Position numbers and translations under genes: made by a program. Positions 24,929 to 36,600 of a DNA stretch of 64,000 nucleotides are shown here, piece after piece; positions within the stretch are counted from its first letter, which is position 1, and the number at the start of each line of letters is the position of its first letter. The stretch is from positions 29,886,001 through 29,950,000 of the forward strand of contig NC_058368.1 in NCBI RefSeq assembly GCF_018350175.1. The letters are read 5' to 3'. A model generated the notes under the pieces. That model ran no database searches and was not told where the DNA came from. It worked only from the letters and a program-made list of their open reading frames with translations. Source of the stretch: Felis catus. Taxonomy: Eukaryota.

Positions 24929-24963
<35 letters not shown>
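24915..24963. repeat. (TG)n microsatellite
   Basis: GT run with one gcgc interruption. Confidence 0.95.
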
Positions 24964-24965
<2 letters not shown>

Positions 24966-26796
24966 GAGTGACAGCTGCTGGCTTGACGGAGAAAGTTGGT
25001 TTTCAGTTCAAATTCCTGCCTGGGGTTACAGGGAGTTTCAGTTTTGGAGGTGGGGGTGGCTGTGCCACCAACGACGTTTACAAATTGACATGGATCCAAT
25101 TCCAGTGTAAACCATTGAGCTCTGGAGGGGTCTCTCTTGCCTCTGGATTGATCCAGTGACCTCAGAGAGCATTGTGACGTGGAGGGCAAGCGGAGAAGCG
25201 AGATTAGGACACAGTTGCAGGAGCTGGTCCCGCTGAGAGCCCACTGCGTGCGCGCTCCTCTCAGGGGCCCCGAGAGGAGGGCAGCCCGAAGCTGAAATCC
25301 TTTACAACTTGCAGGCACAAAACCTCTTAAATCATCATTGCAAAGTCATTAGAAATCTGGCAGAAGAGCAGGGTGCAGATTGCCAAGGGAGGACACAAAA
25401 CCCCATTTTCCCTCCACAATACCTGTAATGAACTGGAAAGGGTGGGGTGGAGCTGAGAAACAGATTTCCTGCCATAACTAAAGTCCCTTTTCAGCCCGGT
25501 TTGCCACAGTTTCACAATGTGTTAGAATTTACATTCAAGTGTTTGTTAACCATTCTTCAGTGCAATGAAACGTTTTTATCCATCTGACCTCAACCTTTGC
25601 CATATGGTTCCACAAACTGTTGCACTGAAGTCAGATGGTGGTGGGGAGGTGGGGGGTAGGGGTAGGGGTAGGGGTAGGGAGGCCGGTAGTGGGCAGCACA
25701 TTTCACATCGGGCCTCAATGGGGCTCAGTGACAGGAGTCCTGTCCCTACTCTGGGGTGGTTGTTCCCACAAATTCATTTAAAAGGGAAAAATGCCCTTGT
25801 GTGAACCTGTGTCCTTTGCGATTACTAAGTCCTATGTCATGATTGGTGCCAATTTTCAAATTTCCACTGGGAAAGTGAAAAGGAATTTGTGGATCATTTG
25901 CAGCAGATGATAGGCCTACAACTTGACCTTTTTGTAGAGCCAGAGGTCTTGTTATGAGAGTTCCCTGAAGGTAAGGACCATACCTAACTTGGGATTTGGG
26001 ACAGCACCTTCCACTCTCTGAAGCTTAGTACATCTGAACTTTCCGGAACAACAGGAACAAGGCTCCATAGTGGGAGCCAGCTCTGCCTGTTTGAGGAGTG
26101 GGGAGAAGACTAGGGGTCAGGTTCTCAAAAGTAAACCCAGCTTTACCATCCTTGATACAGAAAAAGTTCAGATATGAAAAATTAAATATTTCCTTGAGTG
26201 TGAACCACCGATGAGGAAAGACAGATCATGATTATTTGACTATTTGAGGCCAGGAGGGAGTGGTTTTAGCTCTACCTCTTATTGATTCATTATCACAAGA
26301 CCACAGGGACAACTGGGAGAGAAAGTTTGGCCAGTGCCAGTGTGAGAGATATGCCCAACAGAACCTTAAAGTCACAGGCCATTATGTACATTCATCTCCT
26401 CCCCTGTCCCCTACCTAGACAGGAGTACATGCCAACTGTCACAGGCAGATTCTATCTTATTCCCAAAGATCTCCCATGAGAGACAGGCTTATAGATTCCT
26501 CACCAACGTTTTCATCTGAATTGTCACCACACCTAGTGCTTGAGGGCTTAGAGTAACTGACCTTCCTTAGGTCTTTGTGGCCATTCATTAATTAACAAGT
26601 ACCAACTGAGTGCTAACCATGCAACAGGTGCTCATGAACAGCAATGATTAAAAGAGATAAAAGGACCTGACTTTGCATTCAGGTGATCGATGCTGGCTTC
26701 CTATGATTTGATCAAACGTTGAACCTCCCTTTCTGCTATAGCATAGAGTATTTTGTGGTATGCTATGTCGACATGTGCTTCTTCCCCTACATTCTT

Positions 26797-26819
26797 AATT
26801 TATTTTAAAGTTTATTTAT

Positions 26820-26864
<45 letters not shown>

Positions 26865-26994
26865 AAAGCCCAAGCAGGCTCCACACAGTCAGTGCAGAGC
26901 CCAACATGGGGCTTGAAGTCATGAACCACCAGATCATGATCTGAACTGAAATCAAGAGGCAGACACTTAAGTGACTGAACCACCCAGGCACCCC
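26797..26994 (-). mobile_element. Can-SINE with expanded (GA)n
   Basis: SINE body; TSD cccctacattcttaa on both sides. Confidence 0.95.
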
Positions 26995-28509
26995 TGTCCC
27001 CTACATTCTTAAGGAACTATTCACCAGGTGTGCAGTCAGCAAGAATATAGAGTATACCTGCTGGTTACATGGCCTAGTGCTTTCTGAAGTATTTAGGTCT
27101 CTCGTGTGATATGTTGGGCCCACAAAGATCAGATAACACACCCATCATCTCTTGGCCTCTGAAGACTGACATTTTTAGAAAGAAGCTCCTTGCACAGATA
27201 GCAGAGCTCAGGGCCCATTGGGAGCTCATTTAGCAGTTCCTTAAACGAGTTTACGAACTGTTCGTGTTCCGTCTTTCCTCGACATGTTCCCTCACTCTGG
27301 CTTGACTGAAGTGAACACAACTTCTCATGACTTCCAATTTGGAATCTAACTTCTTATGTGGAACTTTCATTAGTTCCCAGCAGGAGCATCGCCTGCAGCT
27401 TTGAAAAAAAAATTTTTTTTTTCCTCAGTGCTCGGCTTGGCAAACCTCCTTTCCCCTTAATTGATCAATTTTCCTGTTCAGAAATAGACATAATCAGATA
27501 TATTGTTCAGTAGCCTCTCTGAGAAAGCATTAGCTTCGTCTGCTTAGACAGGCATTAGGTTCAACACCCCCGAGGGTTGCTTTTCCTTTTCAAGAAAAAT
27601 TAAATGGCTAAGTAAGAGGGTGTTAAAACAAAGTTGTATTACTGCTTGGCATTTAATTGAGAAACTTGCTAATGTGTCCTTTGAACTCTTGGTTTCCCCT
27701 TTCCCTGAGGAATTGCTGATACTTTGCTTTAATGGCAGCATAAAAATCTCAGTTTGACTCCGGGTGGCATTATCTGGGCTTTAAGAATGCAAATTGTTGT
27801 TTTTACTGCATTCATTGGTCTAGTGATTCTGACAGCCACCACATCCAAGTAACTGTTTAGACAAAGTTTCTAATTTGGAAGACTTCTTAAGCTCTTGAGA
27901 TCTCAAAGCATTCTCAGGATAGATGGCAATGACAACGCTCACCATTTCTTGAGGCTGATCTGTAATGGAAGTCAATATTCAGGAAAAAAAGGGGGCGGAG
28001 GGCGAGAACTGCTCTCCTTGAGTAACAGTCAGGGTGGTGGGAAGCAGGTGGGTTTTGGAGCGAGAGGACCTGGGTTTCACTCCGCTCCTCCCTTTGCTCA
28101 GTTTTGTGGAAAGGCTCAGCAACTCTCAGCCTGAGTTTGTCCATTTATGAAATGTAAGCAGGACATAGAAGTCTCTGTTTTTCAGTTCATCAATCTCAGT
28201 TGTCCAAAAGGTAACTTTCAAAATTTTCCAATAACAATTTTTTTTTTAATCTATTACAAGACCCTATACTGTTGTGATGGCAGTTAAGTCAATCACAGCC
28301 AAGTTAGGGGACCATTCTCACTTTTCCTTCCTTCTTGTAGTGGCAGAGCTTTGGGGCGAGCTTATCTTGCCCTTGCTGTCATCCGTCCACAAAAACCTAA
28401 CACAGTGTGCTTTGCCCCATCTAGATCTTTGTCACCTGTAGACCTCAGGTTGCCCCATGCAGTGTCCTTTGCTCCTCTCCATGTAGATTTATCAGATCCT
28501 GTGGTTTTC

Positions 28510-28732
28510 TTTTTTAATTTTTTTTTCAACGTTTTTTATTTATTTTTGGGACAGAGAGAGACAGAGCATGAACGGGGGAGGGGCAGAGAGAGAGGGAGAC
28601 ACAGAATCGGAAACAGGCTCCAGGCTCTGAGTCATCAGCCCAGAGCCCGATGCGGGGCTCGAACTCACGGACCGCGAGATCGTGACCTGGCTGAAGTCGG
28701 ACGCTTAACCGACTGCGCCACCCAGGCGCCCC
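28510..28732 (-). mobile_element. Very young Can-SINE (SINEC_Fc-type)
   Basis: CpG-rich body nearly identical to the copy at 6812-7044; TSD tgtggttttctttt. Confidence 0.97.
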
Positions 28733-29104
28733 ATGTGGTTTTCTTTTAATTCCATGTTCTGCATGAGACCCCTGCAATAATTTTGCTACTTCCAGGCAAT
28801 ACTAGGGCATAAAAATCTCTGTCGTGGTGCTGAAGTATTCTTGTCTCGACTCACTATACATAATTCTCTGGAGACTTTACCATCTCTGCTGGTCAGTAGG
28901 TGCAGGAGGTCCACTCCGAGGCTCAGCAAAATCCATGGTCTCATGGTTTCTTTGTCTTCCATCTCCCCAGCCAGAAAAAAAGCTTTCTAGTTTCAAAGGA
29001 AGGCTCTGCTCTGAGACTTCACTCCACTCCACCATTTAACCTATGCCCAGGTCCTTCTGAGTCTTGTAAGAACACTGGATTCTTAAAGTGAAATGTTAGA
29101 ATAT

Positions 29105-29359
<255 letters not shown>

Positions 29360-29710
29360 GTTCCACCCTGTATGATCTGCCCCCTTACGCAATGAGTATT
29401 GACTAGTATTGTCTAGCTGTTTGAATTGGGAGTGGTGAAGAGGTGGGTAGAGCAAACTTGCCAAGGAAAAACAGAAAACTAATGAATAATTCCAAATATT
29501 ATCCTGCCACACAGGGATAATAACACCCTATAGCACTGTTATAGAGTCAGATATGAATGTGACTTGCTTAGTGCTGAGATTCTCAAAGAATAGATAGATG
29601 GCACAATCCAGGCCATTTCTACTTCCCCTCATGGTTCTAGTGGAGGTTCAGAAGGAAGGCTGGGTGTAGTGTCCCTTTTGCTAATCCTGTTTCTCCTTTT
29701 GTTTTCCTTA

Positions 29711-29784
29711 TCTCCCATCCAAGTACTAACCAGGCCTGACCCAGCTTAGCTTCTGAGATCAGACAAGAGGGCATGGCCATAGAC
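29711..29784 (-). pseudogene. RNA5S: 5S rRNA retropseudogene (3'-truncated, internal deletion, no poly(A))
   Basis: Reverse complement gtctatggccatgc...tcttgtctgatctcagaagctaagctgggtcaggcctggttagtacttggatgggaga matches mammalian 5S; 15-bp TSD tgttttccttatctc 29700-29714/29785-29799. Confidence 0.93.
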
Positions 29785-30566
29785 TGTTTTCCTTATCTCA
29801 ATGTTCTTTCTTTACTCACTTGTTCATGTCAGAAATGAGGTAATTATTTTGAACATCTCTCCTTTACTTCTTTTTTCCTAATCAGTTTCCCAAATGCACT
29901 CAATTGACAAGTCTTGATTATTCTGTCTTCAGTTCTTTCAATCTCTTTGTCTCTCTGTTTCTATCTCTCTGTCTGTCTCTCTCTCTGGGCTTCTTCCATC
30001 CTTTTCCTGAACATTATTTTAATCTCCCCACTGATATTCCAACATCTATTCTTGCTCACCTTTAGTTCTTTCCCCACAAGTAGCCAGAGAAGACTTCAAA
30101 AACCACAAAACCTCTCACTGATCTGGCTTCCCATGACCTAGTAAGAGTAAAATATAAACTCCATGACATGGCCTTTGAGGTCCTGCTTCTGGCACTGGCT
30201 TCTCCTTGAACTGCATTTTATTCACTCTGTCCGGTACCAGTGGACAATTTCTGAAGCCTCCATGCTTCTTGGCAGTCCTCTTCCTAGTTGGCTCTCCCTT
30301 CCATTCTCCACAGCTGATGATCCCAACTTTTGCATTCTCCCTTCACATCTCCATACTGTCCTCTGACTTGCTCAGTTTCCACAGATGACCTGACCTTCAT
30401 CTTTGAGAAAACAGAGAATATGATTTCTGAGGTCCATACATTGGCTTCATGTTCTCCTCTGAAATGCCTTTCTCTTCACTGGTCCTCTTCTCAACCATGT
30501 CAAAGCAGACATGTCCACAACCCTTCCCACTTGTCCTTCTTCCTAGGCTCCTTGTCCTCCCCAACC

Positions 30567-30754
30567 TAGAGTTGCCTGATGAGAAACAGGGCGCCCAGTT
30601 AAACTGGAATTTCAGATAAACAACAAATAATTTTTTTTACTACAAGTATGTCCCACATAGTGCATGGGACATACTTAAACTAACAAATTATTAACTATAT
30701 TTCTGAAATTTAACTGGGTATCATGTAGTTTTATTTGCTAAATCAGGCATCTCA
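30567..30754. mobile_element. MER53 palindromic hAT MITE
   Basis: cccagttaaa...ttcagataaacaacaaataatttt...aagtatgtccca / tgggacatactt...tctgaaatttaactggg...ttttatttgctaaatcaggca; the whole element is an imperfect palindrome. Confidence 0.88.
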
Positions 30755-31832
30755 ACACCTACCTTCTTAAAATTGTTTCCCCTTCTCTTTCTTCCCTTCC
30801 ACTGGGTGTTCCCACTCAGCTTTAAAATATCAAACTACTTCCATGGATAAACTCTTGGACACAAACAATCATTCCCTTGATTCTATTATCCTTCAAGCTA
30901 GTACCCCAACTCTATGGTCTATTCTCTATTTCAGCTTCCTTACTTGGCTTTCCATTCTTTAGGTCTTTGCAATATAATTTCTAGTTTCACCACTCAACAC
31001 TCTTCTTAAATATCACAAATGCTTTCTAAATTCCCTCTCCTGCAATCTTCATATCCAATTAGGCTTCTCATTTGGGTGTCCCACAGACATTTCCCCTTAT
31101 ACACTCTGTTCTCCTAAATGTTTGAGAGTTAACTTTTAATTACCCTCTTGTAATTTATCCCTCTTTCTGTTCTAATTGTTGTGATTTAAAAGCATCTACA
31201 TAGATCTAGTTGCCTAGGCTGAAATCCATGGAGTCACATTCCTCCTTATTTATCATTCCCAATATAATTGGTTACCAGCTTTTATGGCTTCTGTCTTTGG
31301 AATAAACCTTTTCCAGTTTTTTCTTCTTTACCTTACTACCTTCCAGTCTCTGCTTTAGATTAGGCTTCTACCATTTCTCGTTTGAATTAGCAGCAATTTT
31401 AGATTAAAGGAGATGCAACATTTTGTATGTTTTATATACATGCCAAATTAACCTTAAGGACTGTGCCAAATTTAACTCCTATCAGTAAGGGATAATATTG
31501 TTAATTTTCAGGATTCCTTGCTCAAACTGATTGTTTTCTTGGAAAACAGCTTTGGCAATCCAACAGGCTAAATTGCCATTTCAGTGTTTTAACTGCCCTT
31601 ACTAACAAAGTTGAAAACATTTTTTAGACTCCAGATCTTTTGAAAATTCAAAGGTGGATCTAAATCTCCTGCTTAAAATCTTGTATTGCTTCCCATTGCC
31701 AATGGGATGCCATTTAAATCCTTGGCATGACATTTAATGCTTTTCACTACCTGGCCCCTAAATATTTTCCCAGATTTTATTTCCCATGATCTTCCCCCTG
31801 CATAATGAGTGGAAGGAAGTAGAAAAGGAGAC

Positions 31833-32950
31833 TTTTTTTTTTTTCTTGATGAAGACCAGTTTACTTTTTATTTTTATTTTTATTTAGTTTAAATCCAAGT
31901 TGGTTAACACATACTATAATAATTATTTCAGGAGTAGAATTTAGTGATTTATCACTTACATATAACACCCAGTGTTCATCCCAACAAGTGTTCTCCTTAA
32001 TGCCCCATCACTCATTTAGCCTGTCCCTCCACTCAACACTCCTCAGCAACCCTCAGTTTGTTCTCTGTATTTAAGAGTCTCTTATGGTTTGTCTCCCTCT
32101 CTGTTTTTATATCATTTTTGCTTCCCTTCCCTTATGTTCATCTGTTTTGTATCTTAAATTCTACATATGAGTGAACTGTCTTTCTCTGACTGACTTACTT
32201 CGCTTAGCATAATAAACTCTAGTTCCATCCATGTTGTTGCAAATGGCAAAATGTCATTCTTTTTGATCACTAAGTAATATTCCATTGTGTATATATTCCA
32301 CATCTTCTTTATCCATTCATCCATCGTTGGACATTTGGGCTCTTTCCATACTTTGGCTACTGTTGATAGTGCTGCTATAAACATGAGGGTGCTTGTGTCC
32401 CTTCAAAACATCATACCTGTATCTCATGGATAAATGCCAAGTAGTGCAATTGCTGGGTCATACGGTAGTTCTATTTTTAATTTTTTGAGGAAACTCCATA
32501 CTGTTTTCCAGAGTGGCTGCACCAGTTTGCATTCCCATGAGCAGTGCAAAAGTGTTCCCCTTTCTCCACATCCTTGCTAACATCTGTTGTTGCCTGAGTT
32601 GTTAATGTTAGCCATTCTGACAGGTGTGAGGTGGTATCTCACTGTGGTTTTGATTTGTATTTCCCTGATGATGAGTGATGTCGAATGTTTTTTCATGTGT
32701 CGGTTGGCCATCTGGATGTCTTTGGAGAAGTGTCTATTCATGTCTTTTGCCCATTTCTTCACTGGATTATTTGGTTTTTGGGTGTTGAGTTTGATCAGTT
32801 CTTTATAGATTTTGGATACTAACTCTTTAACTGATATGCCATTTGTGAATATCTTCTCCCATTCTGTTGGTTGCCTTTTAGTTTTGCTGATTGTTTCTTT
32901 CGTTGTGCAGAAGTTTTTATCTTGATGAGGTCCCAGTAGTTCATTTTTGG
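31833..32950 (-). mobile_element. 5'-truncated carnivore LINE-1 (ORF2 C-terminus + 3'UTR)
   Basis: Highly similar to 13.2-14.3 kb; ORF MFIAALSTVAKVWKEPKCPTMDEWIKKMW; TSD aaggagact 31825-31833/32953-32961. Confidence 0.95.
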
Positions 32951-33595
32951 AGAAGGAGACTCGGTATTTTCCTTGACGTCAAGATTTGTGCCTTTTGTCT
33001 CTGCTACCACTGTAATCCTAGCTCTAGCACATAGTGGGTGCTTAATGAGCGGAAGTGTGATGGCTGCGAATGAGATGAAGGGGAATGAACGTTTTGGTGG
33101 AGACAAGGGCAGGGAGACATTGTGGCAAAGAAATAGCAATTGGCTGGTAGATGGTGTGTTAGAGATATCCTTGGGTTTATGGCTTCAAAATTCCTGTTAT
33201 CGATAATGCTACCCACCTGCGGAAGCTATATAGGAGAAGATAATCTAGGATAATTCACAAAAATAGACACATAGTTGATATGTCTATAAGATATTATCTT
33301 ATCTTATAAGATATGTCTATAAGATATTATCAACATATCTTCAGCAAGTCATTTTCTGGAAGCCACAACAGCAAACACTTCACCAGCAATCTTTAGCTGG
33401 CTAGAACCCCTTCTCCTACTCTCTGGGCTTCCAGACCTAGTGGTTGGCTAGCAGGGCATTGCTGACTTTCCTCCACCTTCACCCAGGATGACAATACCCA
33501 GGAACCACAGCTTTGCACAGTATCCGGTTACCCAGTCTCTCCTAGAGCTGCTCCTCTTTCTTCTGGTCCCTGGACAGCTCCCTTCCTGTCTCCCA

Positions 33596-33653
33596 ACCAC
33601 CGATAGAGGGCAGCGCCCAGATTATCCTTGCTGCACCCTCTAGTGGCCACTAG
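33596..33653. promoter_or_regulatory. Pair of convergent CTCF-like motifs
   Basis: + strand ccgatagagggcagc (33600-33614); - strand tggccactagagggtgcagc (33630-33649). Confidence 0.62.
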
Positions 33654-36600
33654 GAAGTTGCACAACTATCAAAGGAACAGCTTTCCAGAGTTGAAATAGA
33701 ACAGAAATATGTGCAATCTTACAATATCACAAATCATTAACTCTGTTCCATCTATTTCCCCCTGGAACATGGATTTTATTACCTGTATGTCTCATACAGG
33801 GTCTGAATCCATTTTGGAGGATACTTGGCAACAACCCCAAATCTCCTCCCTGTTGTCTTAGGGCACAGTGTCCCTTAAGATCCCATAGTTCCATAAAGGA
33901 GATGTGAGAATTCAACTCCAATGTAATGATCCTGAGTTCTAAGAGTGATTTATAATCTATGTGATAAGACCACCAATTGGTATTAGTATGTTACATATTT
34001 GCATTAATTGCAATACAAGGGAACACTAATAATAGTTCGAAACGGTGGCATTGTAGCTGACAGTCCTGATTTATGAAAATAAAAAGCAGTGTGGAAGATG
34101 TCATATAGCCAATAGCCTTTGTATTCTGAGGCTGCTCCCATTTTTAGGCTGACTGACTTTCACGGTTCATGCTCATTTTACTTTGTGGGGGAAAAAGCAA
34201 CCCCGAGATACAGAGAGCATCTTTCCCTAAACTCCCAGCCTCATTGCAGTATAGCCTGTGCTCAAAACTGTCAGTCTGATGCCCAAGTTGTCATTTTCGT
34301 CCTGCTGACTCTCTCCCCAGAGCCCAATGGAGTCTCCTTGAGGCAGCCAAAGGAGTGACAGATAGACATGTTGTATAGTAGGGCCATTTGAGGCAGCCAC
34401 ATGAGGTATGGAAAATGTGATTTATAGGTATTTTTTTCCCCCAGGGGAAAATGGATTTCATTATTTTCCACCTCAGGTAAGGGGTAAACCTCTGAGCTTG
34501 ACCTTGGAAGGTTGTGTGGCTATAATATGCTGGCTGAAGTGCTGATATAGAGTAAAACCTCATTAAATCAATATTGGTTATTCAAAATCATGCTTGATTG
34601 GAAGCAACTGCTTTCCCTCAGCTGCCTCATGCCCCACTGTTCCTTGAACAAAAATATTAGCTACTTTAAAGTGGGTTAAGCTGTGAAGTTTTCTTGGCCT
34701 TGGAGTTTCAAATTAATGTGGTTATTTATTATTATTTTTCAAGTAGAAGACAGTTCTGAAACACCAAGTCCAGAGTTGATTATAACCTACTACTGTCACA
34801 TGTAGGGTTATTAACAAGAACATCCTATTTCAGTAAAAAAGTCATGAGTTTTCTTCCCCCATTTGCACAGGTGTAAAGTGCCTGCTTATTGGAATAAATA
34901 AGCTTATGGGCCCCTAGGCAAATAGAAGTTATGTAAATAAACAGCCATGGCTAATTATCCATGGCAGTGGTCAACTAGAATACAGATGGATGAGCTCCAT
35001 TGTCAATTCAAAGGCTTCTTTTAGCCAAAGTGAGGCTGGGTTGAAGAAACCAGAAGAAGATGTGAGATCCAAGGTGATCTTGGACCATTTTACCTCCCAT
35101 CTACTCCCCACCAAACCAAACCTATGGTAGCAGACATTACCAAAACCCATTATTTGGGTTTTCAATACAGGATAGCAAAGTACCTCAGAAAAGAACAGGC
35201 AGCTAGAAGTCTGGTTAATCCACAGATTAATAAGCAACAATGGTATGTTTATTTTCATGATCACTCCAGAAAGTTCCAGATTATAATGCAACATGCAGAT
35301 CATCAGAATGTTGGGCCTTCCCAGGCCTTCAGAGGCAATACTACACTTTTGTATGTTTATTCTCCCTTGACTAAAGTTTTTAGGGTTTAAATGAGGCAGG
35401 CCATCGGATTGAATGTCTGCTTTCCATAAGCCTTCCTTCTTTCCTTTGGCCCATTCCCTGGTTGAAGCCAGGAGAGAGCCTGTTGCTTTTGTGTTTACTA
35501 TGCCTCCCTGATCCCAAATTCCTCCAAATTTACAGATCTCCACTGTGGAGAATGGAATGAGTCCAGGTAGTGTTAGAGTGGGGCTTCTGAGAGACTAGTA
35601 ATGAAATCTGAGTTAGAGAAGGCTGAGAAATGGGCCTCCGATGGCTCTGGGGTCCCGGAATGGGCCCCTTACCACCAGCCAGCATGTGGGATGGGGACGA
35701 GGGGGTGTTCATGGTTGGGGATCCCATCCTTAGTTGTTCCTCTTATTTCAGGGACAATTCTGGGTGTCTTGAAAACCAGGATATAGGGATAAAACCAGAC
35801 TCATCTTTCCTGAAATGCAAGTGCTTGGTGATCTTCTGTGGCTACAGGCCATGGCCAGATCTCTGCCTAGAAGCTTCCCCTGGCTCCTAATGCTTCACCC
35901 CAGATGGGCTACTGAACAGCAAGTCTCCCCCTGTCGACTCTGGGAAAGCTTCTTACTTGCCCATGTGGATGTGGCTTTAGAGGTGGCTGGTATAAGCCCA
36001 TTTTATGGAAAGTAGAATTTATAAGACCAAGAATAAGGATATGGTCACTCCCATAACACAGAGAATTCTTCCAGATTCCTGTAAACTGTTAACTTGCCTA
36101 AGAGTGTTTTCAGCGTTCCTCAATCTGCTGACATTTTTTAGGTGTGTTTCTACAGAGCGAGCAGAGGAGCCCTCCAGGCAGCGCAAGAGGACACGTGGGC
36201 TGAGAGTTTGGAGACATTAACACGGGCAAGGAAGCCCGCAATCCATGATGGTTGGGTTGGAAGAGTAGCTGAGGACACTCAGCAAATTAAAGACATTTCT
36301 CTTTTATCCATCCCTTGCCCTCATTAATTTCTCCCAATGCATTGTTTTCCCAGGACTGCAATGAAATGAACCTTGCTCATGGTTTGTCTAGTCATAATTA
36401 GAGTCTTCCTTTCTCTTGTTAGACAGTAATGCCAATAATGACTGCAAACATTTTGTCTTCTTTTTAGCAAGGCAAGGAGCCAAAATCATTATATCTGTGA
36501 GTTGATGTCAGATTTATAATGCAGAGATGTAAGCTTCACATGCCATATGTGTGCCAAAATTTCATTAAGCCTCTGGAAAGTTTAACCGTGCATTAAGAAG

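Noticed and set aside
34971..35543. 190-aa minus-strand ORF
   Set aside because: No recognisable family or coding-like composition; no supporting splice signals
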